From Nostoc punctiforme PCC 73102 (GTDB lineage: Bacteria; Cyanobacteriota; Cyanobacteriia; Cyanobacteriales; Nostocaceae), in the NCBI RefSeq assembly GCF_000020025.1, contig NC_010628.1, positions 2,784,324 through 2,808,323 on the forward strand: a DNA stretch of 24,000 nt, written 5' to 3'. The position numbers were made by a program, and so were the translations under genes. Below, piece after piece: positions 9,294 to 16,594 of the stretch (within the stretch, counting starts at the first letter, position 1; each line of letters opens with the position of its first letter). The notes under the pieces were generated by a model. That model was not told the DNA's origin and searched no databases. It saw only the letters and a program-made list of their open reading frames with translations.

Positions 9294-9335
9294 CTGCCCC
9301 CTGCCTCCTGCCCCCTGCTTCCTGCCCCCTGCTTT
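9294..9335. repeat. Six tandem heptamers CTGCYYY (ctgcccc ctgcctc ctgcccc ctgcttc ctgcccc ctgcttt)
   Basis: Read directly from the sequence. The array fills most of the 74-nt spacer between the PP2C-fusion stop (9334-9336) and the HK start (9259). Its last unit overlaps the stop codon. Confidence 0.9.
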
Positions 9336-10356
9336 AATTGCTCATTCCTTTAGCCACTAACACTGTCACATCGTCTCGGTCTCGGTTAAAGTCTCGGTAT
9401 AAGACACCTGCAATCAGGCTGGGATGTTTTTGACTCAAGCCTGGATAGCGATCGAGCTGCCACTTACTGTCTAATCCGTCAGAATGCATAATTAAAAGTC
9501 CGTTGGCATACCAGGGATAGCTAAACTCTTGAATTTTGCGAATTTCATGTCCCACCGTGCCGTTGTTAGATATCAGATGGTGGCGTTCAGTAAAGGAGAA
9601 GATGCTAGCAGCGATATTGCCAATTCCGGCAAAGCGGACAGACTGTTGTTCAAAGTCGATTTCAGTAATGCCGAGTGCTGCTCCTCGCGTACTTCGCAAG
9701 GCGGCGTGGGCAGCTTCGACGATCGCACCAGGAGAGCGATCGTGTTCTTGAAAGATTCTGACGGCTTTTGAGGAAGCAGTAGCCGCCGCAGGCCCATGCC
9801 CTAAGCCATCGGCTACTAGCAACAGGCTGCGGCAACGATCGACTTGATATGCCCAGGCATCTCCTGAAATGTCCTCACCTCGTTTGGGCAAACAAATCGC
9901 CCCAATTTCTAAGATTTTTTCAGGCTCATGGGGTGCGGAGGTTGACCAGAGGTGGGCGAGGAGCGCCGTCCCCTGGTTGCGAATGGAGTAAATTTCAAAT
10001 AAACCAGACAGGCGAGAAATTGCGCCCAGTCCATTGCCTAAGGTTCCGGCGGTGGAAAAGCCATCTTGCAAACACTCATCCACATCAACCATTCCCCGTC
10101 CTTTATCTAGGGACAAGACTTCAATACCAATAGCTGAATTGTGTTCGATCAATCTTAGCAACAACACTCCACCCTTACCGTGCTGTATCAGATTACTCGC
10201 AACCTCTGTCACCACAATGCCAAGCTTGCCCCGTTGCGTTTCCTGAAAGCCGAGCTGAGTTGCCAAAGCGATCGCTACCCGTCGCGCTTCCCCGGTCTGG
10301 CTAGATTCAGTAATTGTAATGGCGACAGATTCTCTCATTTTATTTCCATCGTACAA
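9334..10356 (-). CDS. RsbT-like GHKL domain fused to a PP2C/SpoIIE-type protein phosphatase
   Basis: A 340-aa ORF. The N-terminal ~135 aa (SSQTGEARRVAIALATQLGFQETQRGKLGIVVTEVASNLIQHGKGG...DKGRGM...GNGLGAISRLSGLFEIYS) form a switch-kinase-like domain. The C-terminal half has PP2C/SpoIIE motifs LLVADGLGHGPAAA, IMHSDGL and DDVTVLV. The start is either ATG at 10356 (17-nt overlap with the rsbT-like gene) or ATG at 10338 (1 nt after its stop). Confidence 0.85.
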   Translation of the reverse strand: MYDGNKMRESVAITITESSQTGEARRVAIALATQLGFQETQRGKLGIVVTEVASNLIQHGKGGVLLLRLIEHNSAIGIEVLSLDKGRGMVDVDECLQDGFSTAGTLGNGLGAISRLSGLFEIYSIRNQGTALLAHLWSTSAPHEPEKILEIGAICLPKRGEDISGDAWAYQVDRCRSLLLVADGLGHGPAAATASSKAVRIFQEHDRSPGAIVEAAHAALRSTRGAALGITEIDFEQQSVRFAGIGNIAASIFSFTERHHLISNNGTVGHEIRKIQEFSYPWYANGLLIMHSDGLDSKWQLDRYPGLSQKHPSLIAGVLYRDFNRDRDDVTVLVAKGMSN

Positions 10357-10744
10357 TTATTACCCGTGTTCCTTCTCCCACCGCAGACTGAATCTCAAAC
10401 TCGTTAGCAAGTCGTTTAGCACCGCTCAATCCCATACCCAATCCGCTACCCGTGGTGAACCCATCCTTCAGCGCCAGATCAATATCGGGAATTCCCGGGC
10501 CCCGATCTTCAAAGGTCAGCCGGAGTCCTCGTCGTCTCCCTTCCTGAAGCGTTTCTAGTTTTACTGTGCCACCTCCCCCATAGTCTAGGGTATTGCGGGC
10601 TAACTCACTGGCGGCGGTGACAATTTTTGTTTGGTCTACTAAGCCAAAGCCAATTTCCACGGCCAGCAGGCGCACGGCTTGCCGAACTAAGACTACATCT
10701 GTAGAAGATTGAATGTCGATTGTTTCAGTCTTCTGCATCGTCAT
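10340..10744 (-). CDS. rsbT: RsbT-like anti-sigma regulatory factor / Ser-Thr switch kinase (GHKL fold)
   Basis: The ORF is open from 10786. I prefer ATG 10744 or 10738 (MTMQKTE...), which gives ~134 aa, the usual RsbT size, and overlaps the rsbS-like stop (10725-10727). Motifs are VRQAVRLLAVEIGFGLVDQTKIVTAASELARNTLDYGGGG, EDRGPGIPD and GLGMGLSGAKRLANEFEIQS. Confidence 0.8.
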   Translation of the reverse strand: MTMQKTETIDIQSSTDVVLVRQAVRLLAVEIGFGLVDQTKIVTAASELARNTLDYGGGGTVKLETLQEGRRRGLRLTFEDRGPGIPDIDLALKDGFTTGSGLGMGLSGAKRLANEFEIQSAVGEGTRVIIVRWK

Positions 10745-11138
10745 CTGCACGCCATTGAGTGGCAATGACCTGATTTGTAGTTTCATTGAGTGACGATCGC
10801 AAGAGTGCCATACCTTTTTCTACGTTTAGGGCAGTGCGAATACCCGTCAGCGACAGCCCCAATTCCACCAGGGTAATTGCCACAGCAGGCTGCATCCCAA
10901 CGACAACTGTTTGGGCATCCAACACCCGTGATATTCTGGCAATGTTGCCTAAAATCCTCCCAATGAAGGAATCGACAATTTCTAATCCAGAAATATCGAT
11001 CAAGACACCGTGAGCGTGAGTTTGAGTGATGCGGTTGGTCAAGTCATCCTGTAAAGTCATGGCGAGGCGATCGTACATATCCACTTGAATTGTCACAAGT
11101 AGGAAATTGCCCATTTTGAGTATAGGAATACGTTCCAT
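10725..11138 (-). CDS. rsbS: RsbS-like single STAS-domain stressosome scaffold protein
   Basis: A 137-aa ORF reading MERIPILKMGNFLLVTIQVDMYD...GVLIDISGLEIVDSFIGRILGNIARISRVLDAQTVVVGMQPAVAITLVELGL. This is an STAS fold pattern with the DSF serine in the position phosphorylated in RsbS proteins. An AGGAA-containing 11-nt spacer follows the rsbR-like stop. Confidence 0.85.
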   Translation of the reverse strand: MERIPILKMGNFLLVTIQVDMYDRLAMTLQDDLTNRITQTHAHGVLIDISGLEIVDSFIGRILGNIARISRVLDAQTVVVGMQPAVAITLVELGLSLTGIRTALNVEKGMALLRSSLNETTNQVIATQWRADDDAED

Positions 11139-11149
11139 TGGTTCCTACC

Positions 11150-12022
11150 TCATTTGGGTTGAGAGGGGGTAATACTCACTCCCAAACGTTTTAGTGCTAT
11201 GAGAAAGGCATCAGCTAAGGTTGCCTTCGTTGTGATATCAGTCAAATCAATGCCGAGATAAACGATCGTTTGGGCAATTTGAGGACGAATCCCACTAATC
11301 ATACAATCGGCTCCCATGAGACGGGCAGCAGTAACGGTCTTGAGCAGATGTTGAGCGGTGAGGGTATCCACGGTGGGAACCCCCGTAATGTCAATGATGG
11401 CAATTTCTGACCCGGTTTCAACAATTTTCTGCAACAACGACTCCATCATCATTTGCGTGCGGGCACTATCCAGGGTGCCGATAATGGGTAATGCCAAAAT
11501 TCCTTCCCAAAGTTTAATCACTGGGGTAGATAGCTCCATCAACTCTTCCTGCTGCCGCAAAATCACGTCTTCCCGCGCCTTTTGATACACTTCAATTGTC
11601 AGCAATCCCAGCTGATCCAGTAAGTTGGTGGCTAGCCATATCTCCTCACTCAACTCAATGGGGTCTTGCAATTGCTGACGCATCCGCTTGAAAAGGGGTT
11701 GCTTGAACGAAAAGACGAATGTAGCTGTTTCCGCCGGTGTGAAGCCTTTTTGCGATCGCGATCGAGAAATGCTGTTTAGTATCTCTCGCATATCCTCCCA
11801 CGCCCCTGCCTGAATATTGGTCAACTTGCCCTGCCCAACGGCACTCCGAAACAAGCTCAGGAATTCCCGGCACTCCTCCTTTAGCTCGGCTTCTTTAATC
11901 AAGCCTTTCCGAATATTGACATTGGCTAACTCCTGAGTCCACTCTGACAGCAAGTCTGCCTCAAAGGTTTCCAGGATTTCTGGTATCTTACTTTCGCTCA
12001 TCGTTCTTATAAGGGCAACCAC
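11150..12022 (-). CDS. rsbR: RsbR-like stressosome sensor: N-terminal ~165-aa sensory domain plus C-terminal STAS
   Basis: A 290-aa ORF with GTG at 12022 and an alternative ATG at 12001 (MSESKIPEIL). The C-terminus reads LSTPVIKLWEGILALPIIGTLDSARTQMMMESLLQKIVETGSEIAIIDITGVPTVDTLTAQHLLKTVTAARLMGADCMISGIRPQIAQTIVYLGIDL. This matches the RsbR STAS signature, including the GxLDS/T and VDT phospho-acceptor motifs as I recall them from Bacillus RsbRA. Confidence 0.8.
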   Translation of the reverse strand: MVALIRTMSESKIPEILETFEADLLSEWTQELANVNIRKGLIKEAELKEECREFLSLFRSAVGQGKLTNIQAGAWEDMREILNSISRSRSQKGFTPAETATFVFSFKQPLFKRMRQQLQDPIELSEEIWLATNLLDQLGLLTIEVYQKAREDVILRQQEELMELSTPVIKLWEGILALPIIGTLDSARTQMMMESLLQKIVETGSEIAIIDITGVPTVDTLTAQHLLKTVTAARLMGADCMISGIRPQIAQTIVYLGIDLTDITTKATLADAFLIALKRLGVSITPSQPK

Positions 12023-12085
12023 TTTGATTAGTCCAAAATCAGTGTATGCTGATTCAGACCAACGCGAAAGTCGTTCGTTGGCAGC

Positions 12086-14215
12086 TCATATTAAACTAGC
12101 GATCGCTTCTACTAGTTCTTCGGGATCAATCGGTTTGGATAAGTGTCTTTGAAAACCTGCTGCGAGAGCTTGTTTTTGATCGGATTCTCCAGCATAAGCT
12201 GTCAGCGCGATCGCTTTTATCTGTCCGCCTTGTCCTTTTGGCCAACTTCTTACCTGACGGATGAGCATATATCCGTCCATCTCTGGCATAGCAATATCAC
12301 AGATGAGAATATCTGGCTGAGATTGTTTTAATATCTTTAATGCCTCACGACCGGATGCGGCGGCTGTCACTTCTGCACCATATTGCTCAATCATGAATAC
12401 CAGTAGTTCTCGCGTATCTTGCTCATCCTCTACTGTCAGCACCCGCACACCGCGCAAATTCAACGAGATTTTAGGTAAACTTTTATTTTGATTTGGTTGT
12501 AAAAATGTAGTGATGAGCGGTAATCTAACTGTAAATATTGCTCCTTGGTCTTCTCCTTTGCTGTCTGCGTGAACTGTACCACCATGCATTTCTACAATGT
12601 GTCGGACAATTGCTAATCCTAATCCCAAGCCGCCAAACTTGCGTGTTGTGGCACTATCAGCTTGACGGAATGTTTCAAACACGTAAGGTAAAAACTCTGG
12701 TGTAATCCCCTTGCCTGTATCGCTAACTTGAATCTGAGTGTAGGTATTGGTAGACTCTAATTTGATTTTTACCTCGCCGCCAGTTGGGGTAAACTTCACC
12801 GCATTAGTAAGTAAATTCCACACTACTTGTTGCAAGCGACTAGCATCACCCATAAAAAGCTGGACATCTGGTGCAATCTCAGTGTGAATTTGAATCGATT
12901 TCGCTTCTGCTGCTAAAGCGACTGTTTCATTGGCAGCTGCAATAGTTGCAGCTAAATCAACTGAAGAAATGTTCAGCGTTAATTTGCCTTGCAGAATGCG
13001 GGAGACATCTAATAAATCAGCGATCAGTTGAGTTTGTAATTTAGCATTGCGTTCGATTGTTTCTAAAGCGATCGCTTTTTTCTCCTCACTTAATTGGTGA
13101 GTCCGCAGCAATTTTATCCAGCCAAGTATCGGATTTAGCGGCGTTCGCAATTCATGAGACAACACCGCCAAAAATTCATCTTTAATGCGGTTGGCAGTTT
13201 CAGCTGCTTCTCGTGCAGCTTGTTCGCGTAGCAGTAATTCTTCGCGTTCTTCTTCCGCTCGCCTGCGGGAAGTCACATCAATTGCTACTCCCCCTACCAA
13301 AGATTGCCCAGATAAATGAGCAATGGGGAATTTATAAACGAGGAAATCGCCTATTGTGCCATCCAGACGAGGTGCCATTTCAATTGTCTCTAAAACCTGA
13401 TTAGTTTTAGCCACTGTTTGGATGTTGTTTAATAATTGGGTGGCAATCTCAAGATCAAACAATTCAAATGCAGTTTTGCCGATCGCATCTTGAGTAAATA
13501 GCTGAAAAGTATTTACATAAGTCGGACTAAGGTAAATAACTTTACCATCTGCATCTGTAATCCAAGCAGCAGCAGGACTATGTGCCATGAATGCCTGAAA
13601 GCGTTCTTCACTTTCTTGCCGCACTTCTTCGGCTTGCTTGCGCTCGCTAATGTCAATGTTGACTCCTAAAAAACACTCGGCTTGTCCCTCTGCATCTCGG
13701 ATAATTTGCCCTTTCGATGCTACCCAAATAACTGTATTATCTCTGCGGACAATGCGGAATTCGTCGTAATATTCCTTACCTTCAGCTAATACTTTTTCTA
13801 CTCCTTCCATAACCCGTGGGCGATCGTTAGGATGGATAAAATCAACCCAAGGTTTCACACCAGGTTCTTCTGTACCTATTTCCAACCCCAAAATCTCCCA
13901 GATTCCTTCCGACCAAAATACCTCACCAGTAGCTACATTCCACTCCCAAGTCCCAATTTTTCCTGCTCTTTGTGCCATTTGGAGGCGTTGTTCGCTTTGT
14001 CGCAATGCTTGCTCCGTTCGCTTGCGTTCGCCAATATCACGAGATACAGCAATTACACCTGCGATCGCTTGCTCAGGATTATATAAAGGAGCCAAAATAT
14101 ATTCGTAACAATGCACTCCATCAACGGTATTATATTCGGTCTCTGCTCTGATGGGTTGCCCCGTTGTCATTACTGTTTCTCGTTGGGTGTCTACCCGACG
14201 CATCGTAGTAAACAT
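12086..14215 (-). CDS. C-terminal part (PAS x3, HisKA, HATPase, REC) of a frameshift-split hybrid sensor kinase
   Basis: A 709-aa ORF. The reading frame stays open upstream of the ATG at 14215 and encodes GLGYQPKEIVGKTWQELDFAPE, the continuation of the PAS domain that ends the 14275-15903 ORF. H-box is LSHELRTPLNPILGW, with SDTGKGI and GGLGLGLAIV. The C-terminal REC reads VLTVEDEQDTRE...ILICDIAMPEMDG...LSKP. Confidence 0.8.
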   Translation of the reverse strand: MFTTMRRVDTQRETVMTTGQPIRAETEYNTVDGVHCYEYILAPLYNPEQAIAGVIAVSRDIGERKRTEQALRQSEQRLQMAQRAGKIGTWEWNVATGEVFWSEGIWEILGLEIGTEEPGVKPWVDFIHPNDRPRVMEGVEKVLAEGKEYYDEFRIVRRDNTVIWVASKGQIIRDAEGQAECFLGVNIDISERKQAEEVRQESEERFQAFMAHSPAAAWITDADGKVIYLSPTYVNTFQLFTQDAIGKTAFELFDLEIATQLLNNIQTVAKTNQVLETIEMAPRLDGTIGDFLVYKFPIAHLSGQSLVGGVAIDVTSRRRAEEEREELLLREQAAREAAETANRIKDEFLAVLSHELRTPLNPILGWIKLLRTHQLSEEKKAIALETIERNAKLQTQLIADLLDVSRILQGKLTLNISSVDLAATIAAANETVALAAEAKSIQIHTEIAPDVQLFMGDASRLQQVVWNLLTNAVKFTPTGGEVKIKLESTNTYTQIQVSDTGKGITPEFLPYVFETFRQADSATTRKFGGLGLGLAIVRHIVEMHGGTVHADSKGEDQGAIFTVRLPLITTFLQPNQNKSLPKISLNLRGVRVLTVEDEQDTRELLVFMIEQYGAEVTAAASGREALKILKQSQPDILICDIAMPEMDGYMLIRQVRSWPKGQGGQIKAIALTAYAGESDQKQALAAGFQRHLSKPIDPEELVEAIASLI

Positions 14216-14274
14216 TTCTGGGGCAAAATCAAGTTCTTGCCAAGTCTTACCGACTATCTCTTTTGGCTGATAAC

Positions 14275-15903
14275 CTAAACCGCAGCCCCACCTTCACTGA
14301 CATACTGATAATGACCATGCCGATCAAAAATATAAATATGATCTACTGAGGCAGAGAGAATCGCATTTAAGATATTGGCTTGATGTTGCACCTGGCTCAT
14401 CAACTTACGTGTGCATTCTTCTGCCTGCTTGCGTTCAGTAATATTCAAAAATGCAGCTACCGATCCTCTAGGATTATCCTGTTCATCAAGTAGGGGAGCA
14501 GCATAACCAAATAAATTAAATATAGTGCCATTACCGCGAACGATATCAACTTCTGTGCCTTTGACTTCTGTATTATGAATGGCTGCATAACGTAGCGGAT
14601 ATTCTTCTGGTGAGAGTTCCTTTCCCTGCCGCAAAATTTTGTAAGATGGAGGCGGAGCATTAACGGGAGTAGAGGAAACATTAACTTCAGGCAAGATACC
14701 TAAAATCTCAGCAAATGCTGGGTTAGATTTTACCTCCTTAAATTCCATATCTTCCGCGATCAGAATGCCAATAGGAATTAACTCAAATAAAGTTTGCATA
14801 TTTTGGCTCAGAGAAGCGATCGCGATTTCCCGTGCTTCTAGTGCTGCGGCCATTTTGTCAATCGCTTGCGCCAGTTGACTAAGTTCTCCCGATATATGAG
14901 CAAGTCCAGTACGAGTGTTGAGTTGACCACTACCCAAGGTCTTGGCTGTTTGCACTAAAGATTGTATCTGGTTGAGAAAAAATACATCTCCACCTACCCA
15001 AGCAGCTGCGATCGCTAAAAAAGTAACTGCACCTAAACTAATTAAGTTTCTGAATAATAAACTATCAGCATTAGCAAAAACTTCAGACTTGGGAATACCA
15101 ATCCTGATATATCCATCCGGCTTGACTGGATTATCGCCCAAAGGAATAAAGGCAAAGATTCGCGGCACACCATCAAGGCTAGTCACTTCATCGATCCCCT
15201 CAACCTGAGCGATTTTCATTCTGGCGAAAGCATCCGGCGATATAGATTTACCTACCCAATTTTGCGTATTGGGATAGCGGACTAAAAGTGTTCCTTTCTT
15301 GTCAACCAAACTCAGCACCGAGCCTTGAGGCATTTTTATTTGCGCCGCCAACTGATTTAACTGAGCTAAATCAAGTGCAGCTACAACCACAGTTTGCACT
15401 CGCCCTGCTTTGTCTAAAATTGGGTAAGCGAAATTCAGGGTAGCTTTTTTAGTGACGCGATCTATTTGATAATCACCAACCACAAATTTCCGAGTTTGCA
15501 AAGCACGTTGGAAATAACTGCGGTCTCTGAGATTCACAGAGCCAGAGTAGGCAATCCCAGTACAAATCACGTTTCCTTGACCATCAAGTACGGCAAAATT
15601 AGCGTAAGCTGAGTGTTGTTTCAGGATATCGGTCAACAATTGATTGCACTCTGCTGAATTACCCTGACGGACAACTGGCAGCTGTGCCAATATCATCAGC
15701 AGTTGACGGGTTCCTTCTACAACCTGTTTTTGGTTATTAGCCGCCAATCTCGCCAGCCGTAGTGTCTGTTCTCGTGCCTCTACTGTAGCGGTACGCCGTT
15801 GTTCGGAAGCAGTGTACAGAATTAATCCTAGTGCTGGAACAACAGCTAAAAGGACGAGAAGTACTAAGCGAATGCGAAGTGTACTGTTTAACCAAGAGCG
15901 CAT
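14275..15903 (-). CDS. N-terminal part (TM, Cache-like periplasmic domain, TM, HAMP, PAS) of the same frameshift-split sensor kinase
   Basis: A 542-aa ORF. TM1 is LVLLVLLAVVPALGLILYTA. A Cache-type signature follows (RDRSYFQRALQTRKFVVGDYQIDRVTKKATLNFAYPILD). TM2 is LISLGAVTFLAIAAAWVGG, then a HAMP-like region (LNQIQSLVQTAKTLGSGQLNTRTG...LAQAIDKMAAALE) and PAS modules. The ORF ends abruptly in mid-PAS (FDRHGHYQYVSEGGAAV-stop). Confidence 0.8.
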   Translation of the reverse strand: MRSWLNSTLRIRLVLLVLLAVVPALGLILYTASEQRRTATVEAREQTLRLARLAANNQKQVVEGTRQLLMILAQLPVVRQGNSAECNQLLTDILKQHSAYANFAVLDGQGNVICTGIAYSGSVNLRDRSYFQRALQTRKFVVGDYQIDRVTKKATLNFAYPILDKAGRVQTVVVAALDLAQLNQLAAQIKMPQGSVLSLVDKKGTLLVRYPNTQNWVGKSISPDAFARMKIAQVEGIDEVTSLDGVPRIFAFIPLGDNPVKPDGYIRIGIPKSEVFANADSLLFRNLISLGAVTFLAIAAAWVGGDVFFLNQIQSLVQTAKTLGSGQLNTRTGLAHISGELSQLAQAIDKMAAALEAREIAIASLSQNMQTLFELIPIGILIAEDMEFKEVKSNPAFAEILGILPEVNVSSTPVNAPPPSYKILRQGKELSPEEYPLRYAAIHNTEVKGTEVDIVRGNGTIFNLFGYAAPLLDEQDNPRGSVAAFLNITERKQAEECTRKLMSQVQHQANILNAILSASVDHIYIFDRHGHYQYVSEGGAAV

Positions 15904-16120
15904 TATGGTTTAGTTCGATTTGCTACACATAATTTTGAACCAAAATATAAAATTCGAAACTGTTATTCACTGAAGCAATGAGCAAAATCAAGGCTTTGGA
16001 CAAGGGGTGTAGGTAAAAAAACTCTTATAATCTTATACCCAGTCTCGACAAACAGTTTTTCTGCGTAAGTTCTGATTGTAACAATTGAGCGATCGCAGGC
16101 ACCTTTAGAATATATATGCA

Positions 16121-16149
16121 GTAAGAAACAAAGTGCAATGGTTTCTTAC
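16121..16149. repeat. Perfect 9-bp inverted repeat GTAAGAAAC / GTTTCTTAC with an 11-nt loop
   Basis: Read directly: gtaagaaac aaagtgcaatg gtttcttac. On the + strand it is followed by an A-rich tract (ccaaaaaagaaaag), so it is not a canonical intrinsic terminator on either strand. Confidence 0.7.
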
Positions 16150-16391
16150 CCAAAAAAGAAAAGACATGGATACTACAAAAATGACTGCACAGTTCACTCT
16201 TTTCAACGCTGACTAGGTATGAAGTTAACTCCAGATGCGTAGTGCGATTTATGAATTTTCTGTAAATAATCCATTCTTTTTCGGAAGAAGCCACCATGCA
16301 AGCTGTATATCTTCTACATACCGAACCACTTATACAGTAACCGGGGCATTGAATTTATGAAGCCCCATGTAATTTCTAGCGAGAGCTAAAG

Positions 16392-16418
16392 CTGTTCTCT
16401 TGTCAAACAAGAGAACAG
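16392..16418. repeat. Perfect 11-bp inverted repeat CTGTTCTCTTG / CAAGAGAACAG with a 5-nt loop
   Basis: Read directly: ctgttctcttg tcaaa caagagaacag. It lies in non-coding DNA 95 nt from copy A of the 51-nt repeat. Confidence 0.7.
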
Positions 16419-16512
16419 TGAAAGCATTCTCAATCAGCCCTGTGGTGGAGCGCTCAAAAAGCGGGAGCCACCTTTGTATTTCAAGCAATTTAATAAAAGT
16501 TCTTCTAGCATC

Positions 16513-16563
16513 ACAGAAGCTGTTAACAGACGCTATCGCTTCCGTTATGGATGGAAGAAACAA
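16513..16563. repeat. Copy A of a 51-nt direct repeat
   Basis: acagaagctgttaacagacgctatcgcttccgttatggatggaagaaacaa matches 17137-17187 at 47 of 51 positions in my hand alignment, with no gaps. Confidence 0.85.
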
Positions 16564-16594
16564 AATTAAGATGCACCAAAAATTACACTTTTAT

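Noticed and set aside
5071-12022. Apparent GC-content elevation of the stressosome block relative to flanking kinase genes, considered as a possible horizontally acquired island
   Set aside because: My hand counts of single 60-nt lines were heterogeneous. Inside the block I got about 31/60 at 8521, 35/60 at 10441 and 29/60 at 6001, but 18/60 at 7501. Outside I got about 22/60 at 13021, 20/60 at 15001 and 22/60 at 21001, but 28/60 at 19501. This is too noisy to claim a boundary and needs a sliding-window computation plus a codon-usage test.
5532-15208. Numerous 60-130-aa plus-strand ORFs inside the minus-strand kinase and Rsb genes (for example 8358-8663, 8569-8850, 8857-9246, 9849-10133, 14942-15208)
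   Set aside because: All lie antisense to long ORFs with clear domain motifs. They are Ser/Pro/Arg-rich with no motifs, as expected for shadow frames of genes with this composition.
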